Positions 49,296-58,871 of a DNA stretch of 64,000 nt are shown piece after piece; the first letter of the stretch is position 1, and each line of letters starts with the position of its first letter. Source of the DNA: Pseudomonadota bacterium (lineage in GTDB: Bacteria > Pseudomonadota > Gammaproteobacteria > Steroidobacterales > Woeseiaceae); NCBI GenBank assembly GCA_039033695.1, contig JBCCCC010000002.1:20569-84568 (forward strand). The letters run 5' to 3'. The notes beneath the pieces are model-generated. The model saw only the letters and a program-made list of their open reading frames with translations, was not told where the DNA came from and made no database searches. A program made the position numbers and the translations under genes.

Positions 49296-50075
49296 GTGAG
49301 CATCATGAAACATTCACCACTATTCGTCCTGCTGGCCAGCCTGGCGCTGGCCTCCGCGCAGCCTGCATCAGCTGATAGCACAAGTCGGGAGACGGTCGTC
49401 TCACAAGGACTGTCTGCCGACGGCAAGACTGCCAAGGGCAAGGCGCAGCTAACGGCGCCAACGAGCAAGCCACTTGACCGCGGCAACTACGATCGCAACG
49501 CACGTAAGGGCGCCAGCCCAGTCAGTGAATCGGTGAATCAGGATTTCTGGATTTACGATGCCGATACCGCGTTGTTTGACGATTTCGATGCGGATGGGTT
49601 CTACACGCGGCTTGAGCTGAGCTTCGATGCCGATACGGTGTTCGACGGCGCGAACGTGTTTGCGGTGCTCTACCTGAGCCTGGAAGGTGGCGACTGGATC
49701 GAGTACGGAGAAACTGCCGTCTTTGATATCTATGGCACGAGCGGCAACGATGAATATTACTTCGATTCTGATCTTGTATCCGGATTTCCGACCGGCTACT
49801 ACGATGTGTTAATCGAGCTATATGATGACTTTGACGGCAGGCTGGTCGCTGTATTCGGCCCCGAGCAGTCGCTGGAGCTGTTTGATTTGCCGCTGGAAAG
49901 CCAGGTCGCCGATACCGTGCTCGACCCGGTCATCGTCGTCACCGAAGAGGGCGGTGGCAGCATCGGTCTTGTGACCAGCCTCGCTTTAGTGCTAGCGCTG
50001 CTCGCCAGGGTCGCGATCCGACAACGGTTTGGTGTAACGAATAAGCTCGCCATCAAACCCAGTCGACTCGTATAA
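49296..50075 (+). CDS. Acidic secreted protein with a GlyGly-CTERM-like sorting tail
   Basis: Signal peptide ..LALASAQPASA, an Asp/Phe/Tyr-rich core and C-terminal EEGGGSIGLVTSLALVLALLARVAIRQR. An alternative ATG is at 49305. Confidence 0.6.
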   Translation: MSIMKHSPLFVLLASLALASAQPASADSTSRETVVSQGLSADGKTAKGKAQLTAPTSKPLDRGNYDRNARKGASPVSESVNQDFWIYDADTALFDDFDADGFYTRLELSFDADTVFDGANVFAVLYLSLEGGDWIEYGETAVFDIYGTSGNDEYYFDSDLVSGFPTGYYDVLIELYDDFDGRLVAVFGPEQSLELFDLPLESQVADTVLDPVIVVTEEGGGSIGLVTSLALVLALLARVAIRQRFGVTNKLAIKPSRLV

Positions 50076-50483
50076 CCCGCGCGCCAACGTGTTACGCGCA
50101 AACGCGTGCAGTGACATGGACCGCGCTCCCGCTTGCTTCGCCAACGTTTGCGCCTCAGTTAACAGCCGTCGTCCGAGCCCCTGACCTCGGGCGGCGGCAT
50201 CCACCACCAGCGCCTCGAGGTGCGAACTTGATTCACCGCTGAGCAGTTCAGCGACTAACGATAACAACGCAAGGCCCACCACATCGCCATTGTCCGAGAC
50301 TGCAACCAAGACGCGCGTGTTGTCGCTGCTGCCCGCAATGTGTTTTCTCAACAGCTTGGCATCGCCCTCCCATAAGTGCCGAGGATTGCGCTGCGGCGGT
50401 AGGTCGAAATCAGCCAGTTGCGGCAGGATATTGAGCATGCCAGTCTCATCAGCAGCGGTTGCTTCTCGAATCGTTACACTCAT
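49992..50483 (-). CDS. GNAT-family N-acetyltransferase
   Basis: Acetyl-CoA motif A ALVVDAAARGQGLGRRLL. ATGA overlap with the tadA stop. Confidence 0.8.
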   Translation of the reverse strand: MSVTIREATAADETGMLNILPQLADFDLPPQRNPRHLWEGDAKLLRKHIAGSSDNTRVLVAVSDNGDVVGLALLSLVAELLSGESSSHLEALVVDAAARGQGLGRRLLTEAQTLAKQAGARSMSLHAFARNTLARGLYESTGFDGELIRYTKPLSDRDPGEQR

Positions 50484-50944
50484 CCGGCCGCTCCCTTGCG
50501 ACGTTTACGAAAGAAATCGCGCAGAAGCGCACCCGCTTCATCAGCCAGCAGGCCGCCACGCACGGAGAATCGATGATTTGCTGGTATGGCATCCAAGGCA
50601 TTACCGGCACCGCCCAGCGCGCCGGTCTTGGGATCATGTGCTGCAAACACGACTTCAGCGATACGCGCATGAATCATGGCACCCGCGCACATCAGGCATG
50701 GCTCGAGCGTGACAAACAGACGGCTGCCATTCAAGCGATAATTGCCCAGCCCTGCACCGGCGTTACGCAGCGCAATAATCTCTGCGTGGGCACTCGGGTC
50801 GGCTGTCGCAAGCGGTGCGTTTGCACCTCTCCCGACGATCTCGCCGTCTAGCACGACAACAGCGCCTACCGGTACCTCACCTGCCGACTCAGCCCGCACG
50901 GCCAACGCCAACGCCTCGCGCATGAAGGTCTCGTCAGTGGTCAT
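50480..50944 (-). CDS. tadA: tRNA adenosine(34) deaminase
   Basis: HAEIIALR and TLEPCLMCAGA zinc-binding motifs. Confidence 0.92.
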   Translation of the reverse strand: MTTDETFMREALALAVRAESAGEVPVGAVVVLDGEIVGRGANAPLATADPSAHAEIIALRNAGAGLGNYRLNGSRLFVTLEPCLMCAGAMIHARIAEVVFAAHDPKTGALGGAGNALDAIPANHRFSVRGGLLADEAGALLRDFFRKRRKGAAG

Positions 50945-50990
50945 TAGACAACCTGGGTACGCATGCGAATTGCTCGCCGTGTGCGGTCAA

Positions 50991-52574
50991 CTATTCCCAT
51001 TCAATCGTAGCAGGTGGCTTGCCCGAAATGTCATACGTCACCCGCGAGATGCCAGCTATCTCATTGATGATACGCAGCGAAACACGCTCGAGAAACTCGT
51101 ATGGCAGGTGAGCCCAGCGAGCGGTCATGAAATCAATCGTCTCAACTGCCCGCAATGCGACGACATAGTCATAGCAACGGCCATCGCCCATCACGCCGAC
51201 GGAACGCACCGGCAGGAACACGGCGAATGCCTGGCTGGTCTTATCATAAAGGCCAGCAGCACGTAATTCACTTATGAAAATATCGTCGGCGCGTTGCAGT
51301 AGCCCCGCAAATTCCTTGCGCACCTCGCCAAGGATACGCACACCAAGGCCAGGGCCCGGGAACGGATGACGGTAAACCATCGTTGATGGCAAGCCTAACT
51401 CAACGCCCACCTTGCGCACCTCATCCTTGAACAACTCGCGCAGCGGTTCAAGCAGCTTGAGGTTCATGTGCTCGGGCAGGCCACCGACGTTGTGATGCGA
51501 CTTGATGACGTGCGCCTTGCCGGTCTTGCTACCGGCCGATTCGATAACGTCCGGATAGATAGTGCCTTGTGCAAGCCACTGTACGTTGTCGAGCTGGCTG
51601 GCCTGTTCGTCAAAGACCTCGACAAACATGCGGCCGATGATCTTTCGTTTTTCCTCTGGATCGCTGACGCCTTTCAGAGCCTGGAAGAATCGCTCGGCAG
51701 CGTTGACGCGAATGACATTGACGCCAAGATGATCCGCGAAAGTCTGCATCACCTGGTCACCCTCGTTGAGGCGCAACAAGCCGTGATCCACAAAAACGCA
51801 CACAAGCTGATCGCCGATCGCCTTGTGCAACATGGCGGCGACAACCGACGAATCTACGCCGCCCGATAAGCCCAATAGCACCCTGTCATCACGAACCTGC
51901 TCGCGCACGCGCTTGATCGAGTCAGCGGCGATGTTACCTACCGTCCAGTCGCCGGCGCAGTCGCAGATCTCGCGTACGAAGCGATGCAATATGGCCTCAC
52001 CTTGCAGTGTATGGGTGACCTCTGGGTGGAACTGCACCGCATAGAAGTGGCGCGATGTGTCTTCCATCGCGGCGAACGGCGCATTGCGGGTTGACGCGAT
52101 CGCGTTAAAGCCCGCTGGTAAGCTGTCAACCCGATCTCCGTGCGACATCCAGACCTTTAGGACGTTGGCACCATCCTCCCCCGTGGCATCGGCCAAACCG
52201 GATAACAACATAGAAGACCGTGTGGTCACCTCGGCATAACCGAATTCTCGATGCTCGGCCGCCGTTACCGCCCCACCCAATTGCGCCGCCATCGCCTGCA
52301 TGCCATAGCAAATACCCAGTACGGGCACGCCGAGCTCGAATACGACGCTGGCCACGCTCGGCGGTTCCTGCGTATTGACCGACTCAGGTCCACCGGACAG
52401 GATGATTCCCTTGGCACCGAAGCGCTCAATATCGTCAACGCTCATGTCCCAGGGGTGGATCTCGGAATACACACCGGCCTCGCGCACGCGCCGGCCAATC
52501 AGTTGGGTGTACTGCGCACCAAAGTCGAGAATCAATATCCGTTCAGCATGGATATCATGTTGGGGCGAGGTCAT
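50991..52574 (-). CDS. guaA: GMP synthase (glutamine-hydrolysing)
   Basis: GATase domain (GICYGMQ), PP-loop [10 protein letters not shown] and C-terminal [10 protein letters not shown]. Confidence 0.95.
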   Translation of the reverse strand: MTSPQHDIHAERILILDFGAQYTQLIGRRVREAGVYSEIHPWDMSVDDIERFGAKGIILSGGPESVNTQEPPSVASVVFELGVPVLGICYGMQAMAAQLGGAVTAAEHREFGYAEVTTRSSMLLSGLADATGEDGANVLKVWMSHGDRVDSLPAGFNAIASTRNAPFAAMEDTSRHFYAVQFHPEVTHTLQGEAILHRFVREICDCAGDWTVGNIAADSIKRVREQVRDDRVLLGLSGGVDSSVVAAMLHKAIGDQLVCVFVDHGLLRLNEGDQVMQTFADHLGVNVIRVNAAERFFQALKGVSDPEEKRKIIGRMFVEVFDEQASQLDNVQWLAQGTIYPDVIESAGSKTGKAHVIKSHHNVGGLPEHMNLKLLEPLRELFKDEVRKVGVELGLPSTMVYRHPFPGPGLGVRILGEVRKEFAGLLQRADDIFISELRAAGLYDKTSQAFAVFLPVRSVGVMGDGRCYDYVVALRAVETIDFMTARWAHLPYEFLERVSLRIINEIAGISRVTYDISGKPPATIEWE

Positions 52575-52598
52575 CGCGGCTCCTTCAGGGTTAGGCGA

Positions 52599-54059
52599 TT
52601 ACTCGCTGCGATAATTCGGCGCTTCCTTGGTGATCGCCACATCGTGGACATGACTCTCGCGCATGCCAGCGCCAGTGATACGCACGAATTGTGGTTTGGT
52701 GCGCATTGCATCAATGTCCTGGCAACCCGTGTAGCCCATCGCGGCACGCAGCCCGCCCATTAACTGATGCACAATCGCGACCATCGAACCCTTGTAGGGT
52801 ACGCGGCCCTCGATACCTTCGGGTACGAGCTTCTCCAGCTCGTCAGTCGTGTCCTGGAAATAACGGTCGGACGAACCCTGCGCCATCGCACCTAGCGAGC
52901 CCATGCCACGATAGGACTTGTAGGAACGGCCCTTGTAGAGCTCAACCTCACCGGGAGACTCTTCCGTACCCGCAAACAAACTGCCGATCATGATGCTGGA
53001 CGCACCGGCAACGACCGCCTTGGCAATGTCGCCGGAGAAACGAATGCCACCATCCGCTATCAGCGGGACTGACCTGGAGGCCAGCGCGTCAGCGACTTCG
53101 GCTACCGCCGATATCTGCGGCACGCCTACACCAGCCACGATGCGCGTCGTGCAAATCGAGCCTGGCCCGATACCGACTTTGACTGCATCCGCACCGGCAT
53201 CCACGAGCGCCAGTGCCGCATCTGCGGTCACAATGTTGCCACCGATGATCTGCGCCGCCGGATAAGCCTTGCGAATCATCGCAACGCGATCCAGTACACC
53301 TTTGGAAAACCCGTGCGAGGTATCGACGACCAATACATCAACGCCCGCGTCCATGAGCAACGCAACGCGTTCCTCGGTATCGCCGCCAGTGCCGACCGCG
53401 GCACCCACACGCAGGGCGCCGCGCTCGTCTTTGCAAGCGCGCGGATAGTCGGTGGCTTTCTGGAAGTCCTTGGCGGTAATCATGCCGCGGAGCGCAAAGT
53501 CATCGTCGACAACCAGCACCTTTTCGATACGATGTTTGTGCAGGAGAGACAGTACATGATCTTTGGCCGCACCTTCCGGAACGGTCACCAGTCGATCTTG
53601 TGGTGTCATGACGGTCGAAACCGGCGCATCCAGCGCCGTCTCGTAGCGTAGGTCACGATTGGTCACGATACCGACCGTACGCGCACCATCAACGACAGGC
53701 ACGCCGGAAATACCGTTGGCACGGGTAAGCGCGATGACCTCGCGAATGGTCATGTCCGGCGTTACCGTAATGGGGTCGCTGATGATGCCGCTTTCGTACT
53801 TCTTGACGACGCGCACGTTGCGCGCCTGCTCACCTGGTGACATATTCTTGTGAACGATGCCCATGCCACCTTCCTGCGCCAGGGTGATGGCCAGCCGGGC
53901 CTCTGTGACTGTGTCCATCGCCGCCGAGAGCAACGGAATGTTCAATCGAATATCGCGCGTCAGCTGCGAACCGAGCTCGACCTCACGAGGAAGCACCTCA
54001 GAATAGGCGGGCTGCAACAACACATCGTCAAAGGTCAGTGCTTCTTTCGCGATTCGCAT
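52599..54059 (-). CDS. guaB: IMP dehydrogenase
   Basis: [17 protein letters not shown], a CBS pair, the catalytic loop [11 protein letters not shown] and GSLGAM. Start placed at the ATG at 54059. Confidence 0.95.
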   Translation of the reverse strand: MRIAKEALTFDDVLLQPAYSEVLPREVELGSQLTRDIRLNIPLLSAAMDTVTEARLAITLAQEGGMGIVHKNMSPGEQARNVRVVKKYESGIISDPITVTPDMTIREVIALTRANGISGVPVVDGARTVGIVTNRDLRYETALDAPVSTVMTPQDRLVTVPEGAAKDHVLSLLHKHRIEKVLVVDDDFALRGMITAKDFQKATDYPRACKDERGALRVGAAVGTGGDTEERVALLMDAGVDVLVVDTSHGFSKGVLDRVAMIRKAYPAAQIIGGNIVTADAALALVDAGADAVKVGIGPGSICTTRIVAGVGVPQISAVAEVADALASRSVPLIADGGIRFSGDIAKAVVAGASSIMIGSLFAGTEESPGEVELYKGRSYKSYRGMGSLGAMAQGSSDRYFQDTTDELEKLVPEGIEGRVPYKGSMVAIVHQLMGGLRAAMGYTGCQDIDAMRTKPQFVRITGAGMRESHVHDVAITKEAPNYRSE

Positions 54060-54245
54060 GGTTGCATCCTCAGGGTGGCGGTCAGTGGCCCCGTGGTGCT
54101 CGCAGCGTATCCGGCCGCGCACCTAGCGCCGCCGCGTTAGGGGGTTAACCGGCCATTATACCCGTCTTGGGTGGCAAGCGTAACCACAGTTTGGGCGTAA
54201 CTCTCGCTATACTGCATCGGTAACCGTACTTGGCAATCCAACACA

Positions 54246-55610
54246 ATGACCGCATCACAACGCAAAGACATCTGGTCCGTCAGCGCACTGAACCGCGCGG
54301 CACGTGAGCTCCTGGAGCAAGGCCTGGGCGTCGTGTGGATCGAGGCCGAAGTATCCAATCTCGCACGTCCTGCCTCTGGTCACGTGTACTTCAGCCTGAA
54401 AGATGGCGGAGCCCAGTTGCGCGCTGCTTTTTTCCGTCAGCGTCAGCGTGGCAGCGTTGGTGACCTGACCAACGGTGACAAAGTGCTGGTTCGCGGCAAG
54501 TTGAGTTTGTACGAGCCACGGGGCGACTATCAATTGATCGTCGATCGCCTGGAGCCGGCGGGTGAAGGCGCGCTGCGCCGTGCGTTCGAGATCTTGAAAC
54601 TCAAGCTCGCAGCAGAGGGGCTGTTTAACGAGTCCGGCAAACAGCAGCTGCCGGCCATGCCGAGCCAAATTGGCATTGTCACCTCGGCAAGCGGCGCTGC
54701 GTTGCGCGACATTCTGCAAGTGCTCAACCGCCGTATGCCAGGCATACCGATCATCATCTATGCAAGCAGTGTTCAGGGTGCGAACGCGCCACACGAGCTT
54801 AGGGCCGCGCTGGCGCTGGCCGTCTCGCGTGACGAATGCGACGTGCTGATCCTGGCCCGTGGTGGCGGTTCACTCGAGGATCTACAGGCCTTCAATGACG
54901 AAGCGCTCGCACGGGCCATTGCGGCTTGCCCGTTACCGGTGGTCTGTGGTGTTGGTCACGAGACGGACTTCACCATCTGTGACTTTGTTGCCGATCTGCG
55001 GGCCCCGACACCATCGGCAGCCGCAGAGCTCGCAACACCGGACCAGCGAGACATCCGCTACCGGCTAGCTCGACAGTCTACCGCCCTACTTGGCCTGGTC
55101 CGAAGAGCGCTGCAGCGCCATGGGCAACACACCGATCAGCTGGCGCGTCGCCTGGCGCTGCAGAGCCCCGCCGCTCGCGTTACACGTCAGCAGCGCACGC
55201 TGGATGGCTTGATCAGTCGATTGGTGCGCACGACGTTGCACGCTCGCAGGCAGCCGCAGCAGCAACTGGACTCGCTAAGACTGCGCCTGAGACTGCGCTC
55301 ACCACAACAGCTTGCCAACGTGCGTACGCAGCAGCTGGACGTTCTGCGCATACGCCTTGTGCGCGCGGAACGCGGCGCACGCGAGCGGTCGCAATTTAGA
55401 TTGCAGTCGCTCGTGCGCGAGTTACACGCGATAAGCCCATTGGCAACGCTTGCGCGCGGCTACGCGATCGTCAGTAGTAACTCGGGCAGACTGGTTAGCA
55501 GCATTCACGAGGTAGCGAACAATGCGCCCGTACAGGTGCAACTTCAGGATGGGCAGTTCGCTGCCAGTGTGACCGGCAAAACGCCAGACGCTGCGGCGGA
55601 CAAGACTTAA
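54246..55610 (+). CDS. xseA: Exodeoxyribonuclease VII large subunit
   Basis: OB-fold N-terminus VWIEAEVSNLARPASGHVYFSLKD and ARGGGSLEDLQAFNDE. Divergent from guaB, as in E. coli. Confidence 0.9.
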   Translation: MTASQRKDIWSVSALNRAARELLEQGLGVVWIEAEVSNLARPASGHVYFSLKDGGAQLRAAFFRQRQRGSVGDLTNGDKVLVRGKLSLYEPRGDYQLIVDRLEPAGEGALRRAFEILKLKLAAEGLFNESGKQQLPAMPSQIGIVTSASGAALRDILQVLNRRMPGIPIIIYASSVQGANAPHELRAALALAVSRDECDVLILARGGGSLEDLQAFNDEALARAIAACPLPVVCGVGHETDFTICDFVADLRAPTPSAAAELATPDQRDIRYRLARQSTALLGLVRRALQRHGQHTDQLARRLALQSPAARVTRQQRTLDGLISRLVRTTLHARRQPQQQLDSLRLRLRLRSPQQLANVRTQQLDVLRIRLVRAERGARERSQFRLQSLVRELHAISPLATLARGYAIVSSNSGRLVSSIHEVANNAPVQVQLQDGQFAASVTGKTPDAAADKT

Positions 55611-56218
55611 GGATCAAATGACAATGGCTTCATAACACTATGATGCCATTGAGAATCCCCCTCCTTAACAAACACCTGACATTGCGTCATATCACCACCG
55701 TAGATGTGCAGCGAGACGGCCGGACTGCGATCACACGGGTTGGAAATCAAGTGGTATTCGTAGGGGGGAATCAGGCAGCCAGCACTACCAATGCCGGCCA
55801 TGTAGGAGTTGCGTGGCTCGAATCGATAGCGTTCGTCGCCGTCCTGCTCCATGAGCTCGAACTGCAACACGTCGATAGTCCCTGCACAGACGCCCTCGAC
55901 GCACCACATGCCCGCATGGTCATGAATAGGTGTCGACTGGCATGGCCCCCAGGTCATCGCAACTATCGAGTAACCGCGTTCTTCGTCGCGGTGCAGCAGG
56001 CGGCGCGCATAGCGATCCGGCAGCGGGCTCATGACGGCAACCGGTAGCTCAAACTCATTGCCGCGAATCATACGGCACAGATCTGTCTTGATCTTGTCGG
56101 TGATCGCGGTGTCATCGCCAAGCGCAACGGCCTCATCGACCAAGGCGACCAATGGTGCAAGGCCGTTGGCTGCCGTTTGCGATGATGCCGCCTCTTGGTT
56201 TGTCTGACTGATGACCAT
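55607..56218 (-). CDS. Cysteine dioxygenase type I-like cupin (thiol dioxygenase family)
   Basis: The cupin 3-His pattern is IHDH followed by YEYHLISN. GYSIVAMTWGPCQSTPIHDH matches the CDO-family core. Confidence 0.7.
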   Translation of the reverse strand: MVISQTNQEAASSQTAANGLAPLVALVDEAVALGDDTAITDKIKTDLCRMIRGNEFELPVAVMSPLPDRYARRLLHRDEERGYSIVAMTWGPCQSTPIHDHAGMWCVEGVCAGTIDVLQFELMEQDGDERYRFEPRNSYMAGIGSAGCLIPPYEYHLISNPCDRSPAVSLHIYGGDMTQCQVFVKEGDSQWHHSVMKPLSFDP

Positions 56219-56244
56219 GGTCAGATATTAGCAGAATTCCAGCT

Positions 56245-57366
56245 TCACGCGTCGCCTTGTCGCGTCGCCAGCCAATTTCCGATCACCGGGCGAAACCGAT
56301 CCATATCAACCAGAAAAGAATCATGCCCCTGGATCGAGGGCAAGCGGTCGAACTGCACATCGCACCCCGCCTGAACCAGCGCGTCGGCAAGCTCTTGCTG
56401 TTGGCCGAGCGGAAACAGAATATCGCTCTCAACACCAATGATCAGTGCCTCGCGCAGCCCGGCACGCGCAACGCCGCTCGCCACTGAGCCACCGTAGTCA
56501 GCGACATCGAACAAATCCATGGCGCGGGAGAGAAACAAATAGCAGTTGGCATCAAAGTCGCCAGTGAACTTGTTGGCGTGCGCCTCGAGATACGACTCGA
56601 CTTCAAAATCGATGCAGAACGCGTCGTTACTGACTCGCTCGGCTGCGACACGCTCGCGACCAAATCGCTGCGCCCACTCGGCAGCCGACCGATAAGAAAT
56701 CATGCCCAACTTGCGCGCCAGCCGCATGCCGCTGATCGGCCCGGCATCGGTATAGCGGCCTGCCTGCCAATCTGGATCACGGCGTACCATCTCTCTTTGC
56801 AACGAGCGCAGCGCAATCGCAAACGGTGCCGCCCTCGCCGCCGACGACACAGATATCAGACGATCCGTTCGGTTGCTATGCAGCACCGAAAAAGCCAGCG
56901 CCGTCATACCGCCCATCGAGCAACCCACAACCCCGAACAGGCGCTCTATGCCCAGATGTTCTAGCACGGGGATGGCAGAATTTGCGATATCTTCAAGAGA
57001 AAGAACAGGATAATCAATATTATAGGTAGCTTTTCTCGACGGAATATGGCTCGCTGGCCCAGTCGACCCAAAACAACTGCCCAAGGAGTTGACGCAAATC
57101 ACAAAGAAGCGGTCGGTGTCGATCGGTCTTTGCGAGCCCAGCATCTCCTCCCACCAACCAGGCGACGGGTCCTTGGCCGACGAGGCCGCATGGGCTGACG
57201 GCGACAAACCCGTGAACAGCAATATCGCGTTGTTACCCGCATCATTGAGATTGCCCCACGTCTCATAGGCAATCGTCGGTTGCCGCAACACGCCGTTGCG
57301 ACGCATCGGGAATTCGCCCGGCAGCGTCAGCAACTGACGGGCGCCCGCTTCTTCGTGCAAACTCAT
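56245..57366 (-). CDS. MetX-family homoserine/serine O-acyltransferase (alpha/beta hydrolase)
   Basis: IAYETWGNLNDAGNNAILLFTGLSPSAHAAS, nucleophile elbow GCSMGG and GHDSFLVD. I placed the start at the ATG at 57366; the tracked ORF runs into the upstream gene. Confidence 0.85.
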   Translation of the reverse strand: MSLHEEAGARQLLTLPGEFPMRRNGVLRQPTIAYETWGNLNDAGNNAILLFTGLSPSAHAASSAKDPSPGWWEEMLGSQRPIDTDRFFVICVNSLGSCFGSTGPASHIPSRKATYNIDYPVLSLEDIANSAIPVLEHLGIERLFGVVGCSMGGMTALAFSVLHSNRTDRLISVSSAARAAPFAIALRSLQREMVRRDPDWQAGRYTDAGPISGMRLARKLGMISYRSAAEWAQRFGRERVAAERVSNDAFCIDFEVESYLEAHANKFTGDFDANCYLFLSRAMDLFDVADYGGSVASGVARAGLREALIIGVESDILFPLGQQQELADALVQAGCDVQFDRLPSIQGHDSFLVDMDRFRPVIGNWLATRQGDA

Positions 57367-57373
57367 AGGCGAC

Positions 57374-58207
57374 TCATGACTGACTGCAATACTGGCGACG
57401 AACCTCGAGCGCTTCAGGCATCCATTGCTCGAACTGCTGGATGCGGGTCTCGGGTGCCGGGTGCGTGGACATGAACTCTTGAGGTGACTTGCCCGCGTTG
57501 CGGCCCATTCGGTCCCAGAGCGCCGGCGCCTCGCGCGGGTCAAAACAGGCCCTCGCCGCGAGAATCAGGCCAATGTAGTCGGCTTCAGATTCGTGACTGC
57601 GAGAGAATGGCAGCAACACACCGTATTGAGCGCCGACGCCAAGCGCACCCATGACAGCGCGTTGCGTTGACACATCCATATCACCGATCGCAAAAGAGGC
57701 GGCGATGCTGCCGATCTGGACCAGCTTCTGACGCGCCATGCGCTCAGCACCGTGGCGTGCTATCGCGTGCGCAATCTCATGACCCATGATGACCGCCAGC
57801 CCATCAATATTCTCTGCCACTGGCAGCAACCCGGTGTAGACAGCTACCTTACCGCCCGGCAATGCAAACGCATTGGCTTGCTCCGAGCGTATCAGGTTGA
57901 ACTCCCAATCGAACCCCGGGTCCATATCCGCCGCCGCAATAGCGATGCGCCGCCCGATCTCGCGAACGGCCGAGACCTCATTACCCGAGGTTACCACCGC
58001 CTCGCGCGATAGAATGTCCTGGTAGGACTGCAAGCCGAGCGCCGCTTCTTGCTCGCGACTCATGTCAACCAGTTGGTTGCGGCCAGTCATCGGCACCTCT
58101 GCCTGGTTGCTGAGGTAGTACCAGGCAAAGTAGACGGCAAAGCCAATGATTGGCAGCAGCCGCATCAACGCGCTATTGCCGCGGCGTCTTACCCTGCGCC
58201 TGTGCAT
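57374..58207 (-). CDS. M48-family zinc metallopeptidase (YggG/LoiP-like), membrane-anchored
   Basis: N-terminal TM helix, HEIAHAIARH (HExxH) and a downstream SHESEADYIG. Confidence 0.85.
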   Translation of the reverse strand: MHRRRVRRRGNSALMRLLPIIGFAVYFAWYYLSNQAEVPMTGRNQLVDMSREQEAALGLQSYQDILSREAVVTSGNEVSAVREIGRRIAIAAADMDPGFDWEFNLIRSEQANAFALPGGKVAVYTGLLPVAENIDGLAVIMGHEIAHAIARHGAERMARQKLVQIGSIAASFAIGDMDVSTQRAVMGALGVGAQYGVLLPFSRSHESEADYIGLILAARACFDPREAPALWDRMGRNAGKSPQEFMSTHPAPETRIQQFEQWMPEALEVRRQYCSQS

Positions 58208-58250
58208 CAGGCCGCTACCCTGGGTTGCTCGTTGTCAAACCCGCGTCGCC

Positions 58251-58808
58251 TCAGAAGAGCTTCTTGGCCATACCAAGCAGGTTATCGACTGCAGAGCTAT
58301 CGTTGTCTTTGTCAAGAAAGCCAGCCAACACGTTTGCACCCAGCGACGAGGCCTGCTGCGAGCCGCTGCTCAACAGTTGTGACAATGCGCCGCCTTTGCT
58401 TTCCTTGCTCAGCGAGCCCATCGCCATCGCCGCCACCATCGGCAACATCTTTTTCAGCACACCAGTGTCGATACCGGTTTTCTCGGCAGCCTGCGCAGCA
58501 ACTTGGCGGCTTTTTTCCTTGCTACCCAGCAGATGACCAAGAATTGAGTTGCCATCGCTAATCGTCTCTTGGCTTGCCAATCGCTCTGGCTGCTCCACGT
58601 AACGCTCGTGATTGCCGCCCTGCAATGCACCTAGCAGCGATTCGAGGCCACTCGGCTTTTGTACATTCTGTTTCAAGCCCTGCGTCAATGCAGGCAGCAA
58701 CTGCGCAATCGCAGCGCCTGCCTGCCCTTCCGGGAGGTTCAGGCTGCCAGCCACCTGCTTAACCAGGCCACCGCTCTGCGCCTTCAAAATTGTCTCAAGA
58801 ATACTCAT
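58251..58808 (-). CDS. DUF937 domain protein
   Basis: Gly/Leu/Ala-rich repeats LLGALQGG and LLSSGS typical of DUF937/YidB-like proteins. Family call is from memory. Confidence 0.65.
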   Translation of the reverse strand: MSILETILKAQSGGLVKQVAGSLNLPEGQAGAAIAQLLPALTQGLKQNVQKPSGLESLLGALQGGNHERYVEQPERLASQETISDGNSILGHLLGSKEKSRQVAAQAAEKTGIDTGVLKKMLPMVAAMAMGSLSKESKGGALSQLLSSGSQQASSLGANVLAGFLDKDNDSSAVDNLLGMAKKLF

Positions 58809-58871
58809 GTCGCCCTCTCCCGTTTTCCATAGGTTTGCTACAGATTACCATGCCAGCCTTTCTGGATACCG

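Noticed and set aside
55607-55610. Palindromic shared stop codons between convergent genes: TTAA for xseA and the CDO-like gene, and CTAG at 44420-44423 for rsgA and HIT.
   Set aside because: The overlaps are real but trivial. They are expected by chance in a compact genome and carry no functional implication.
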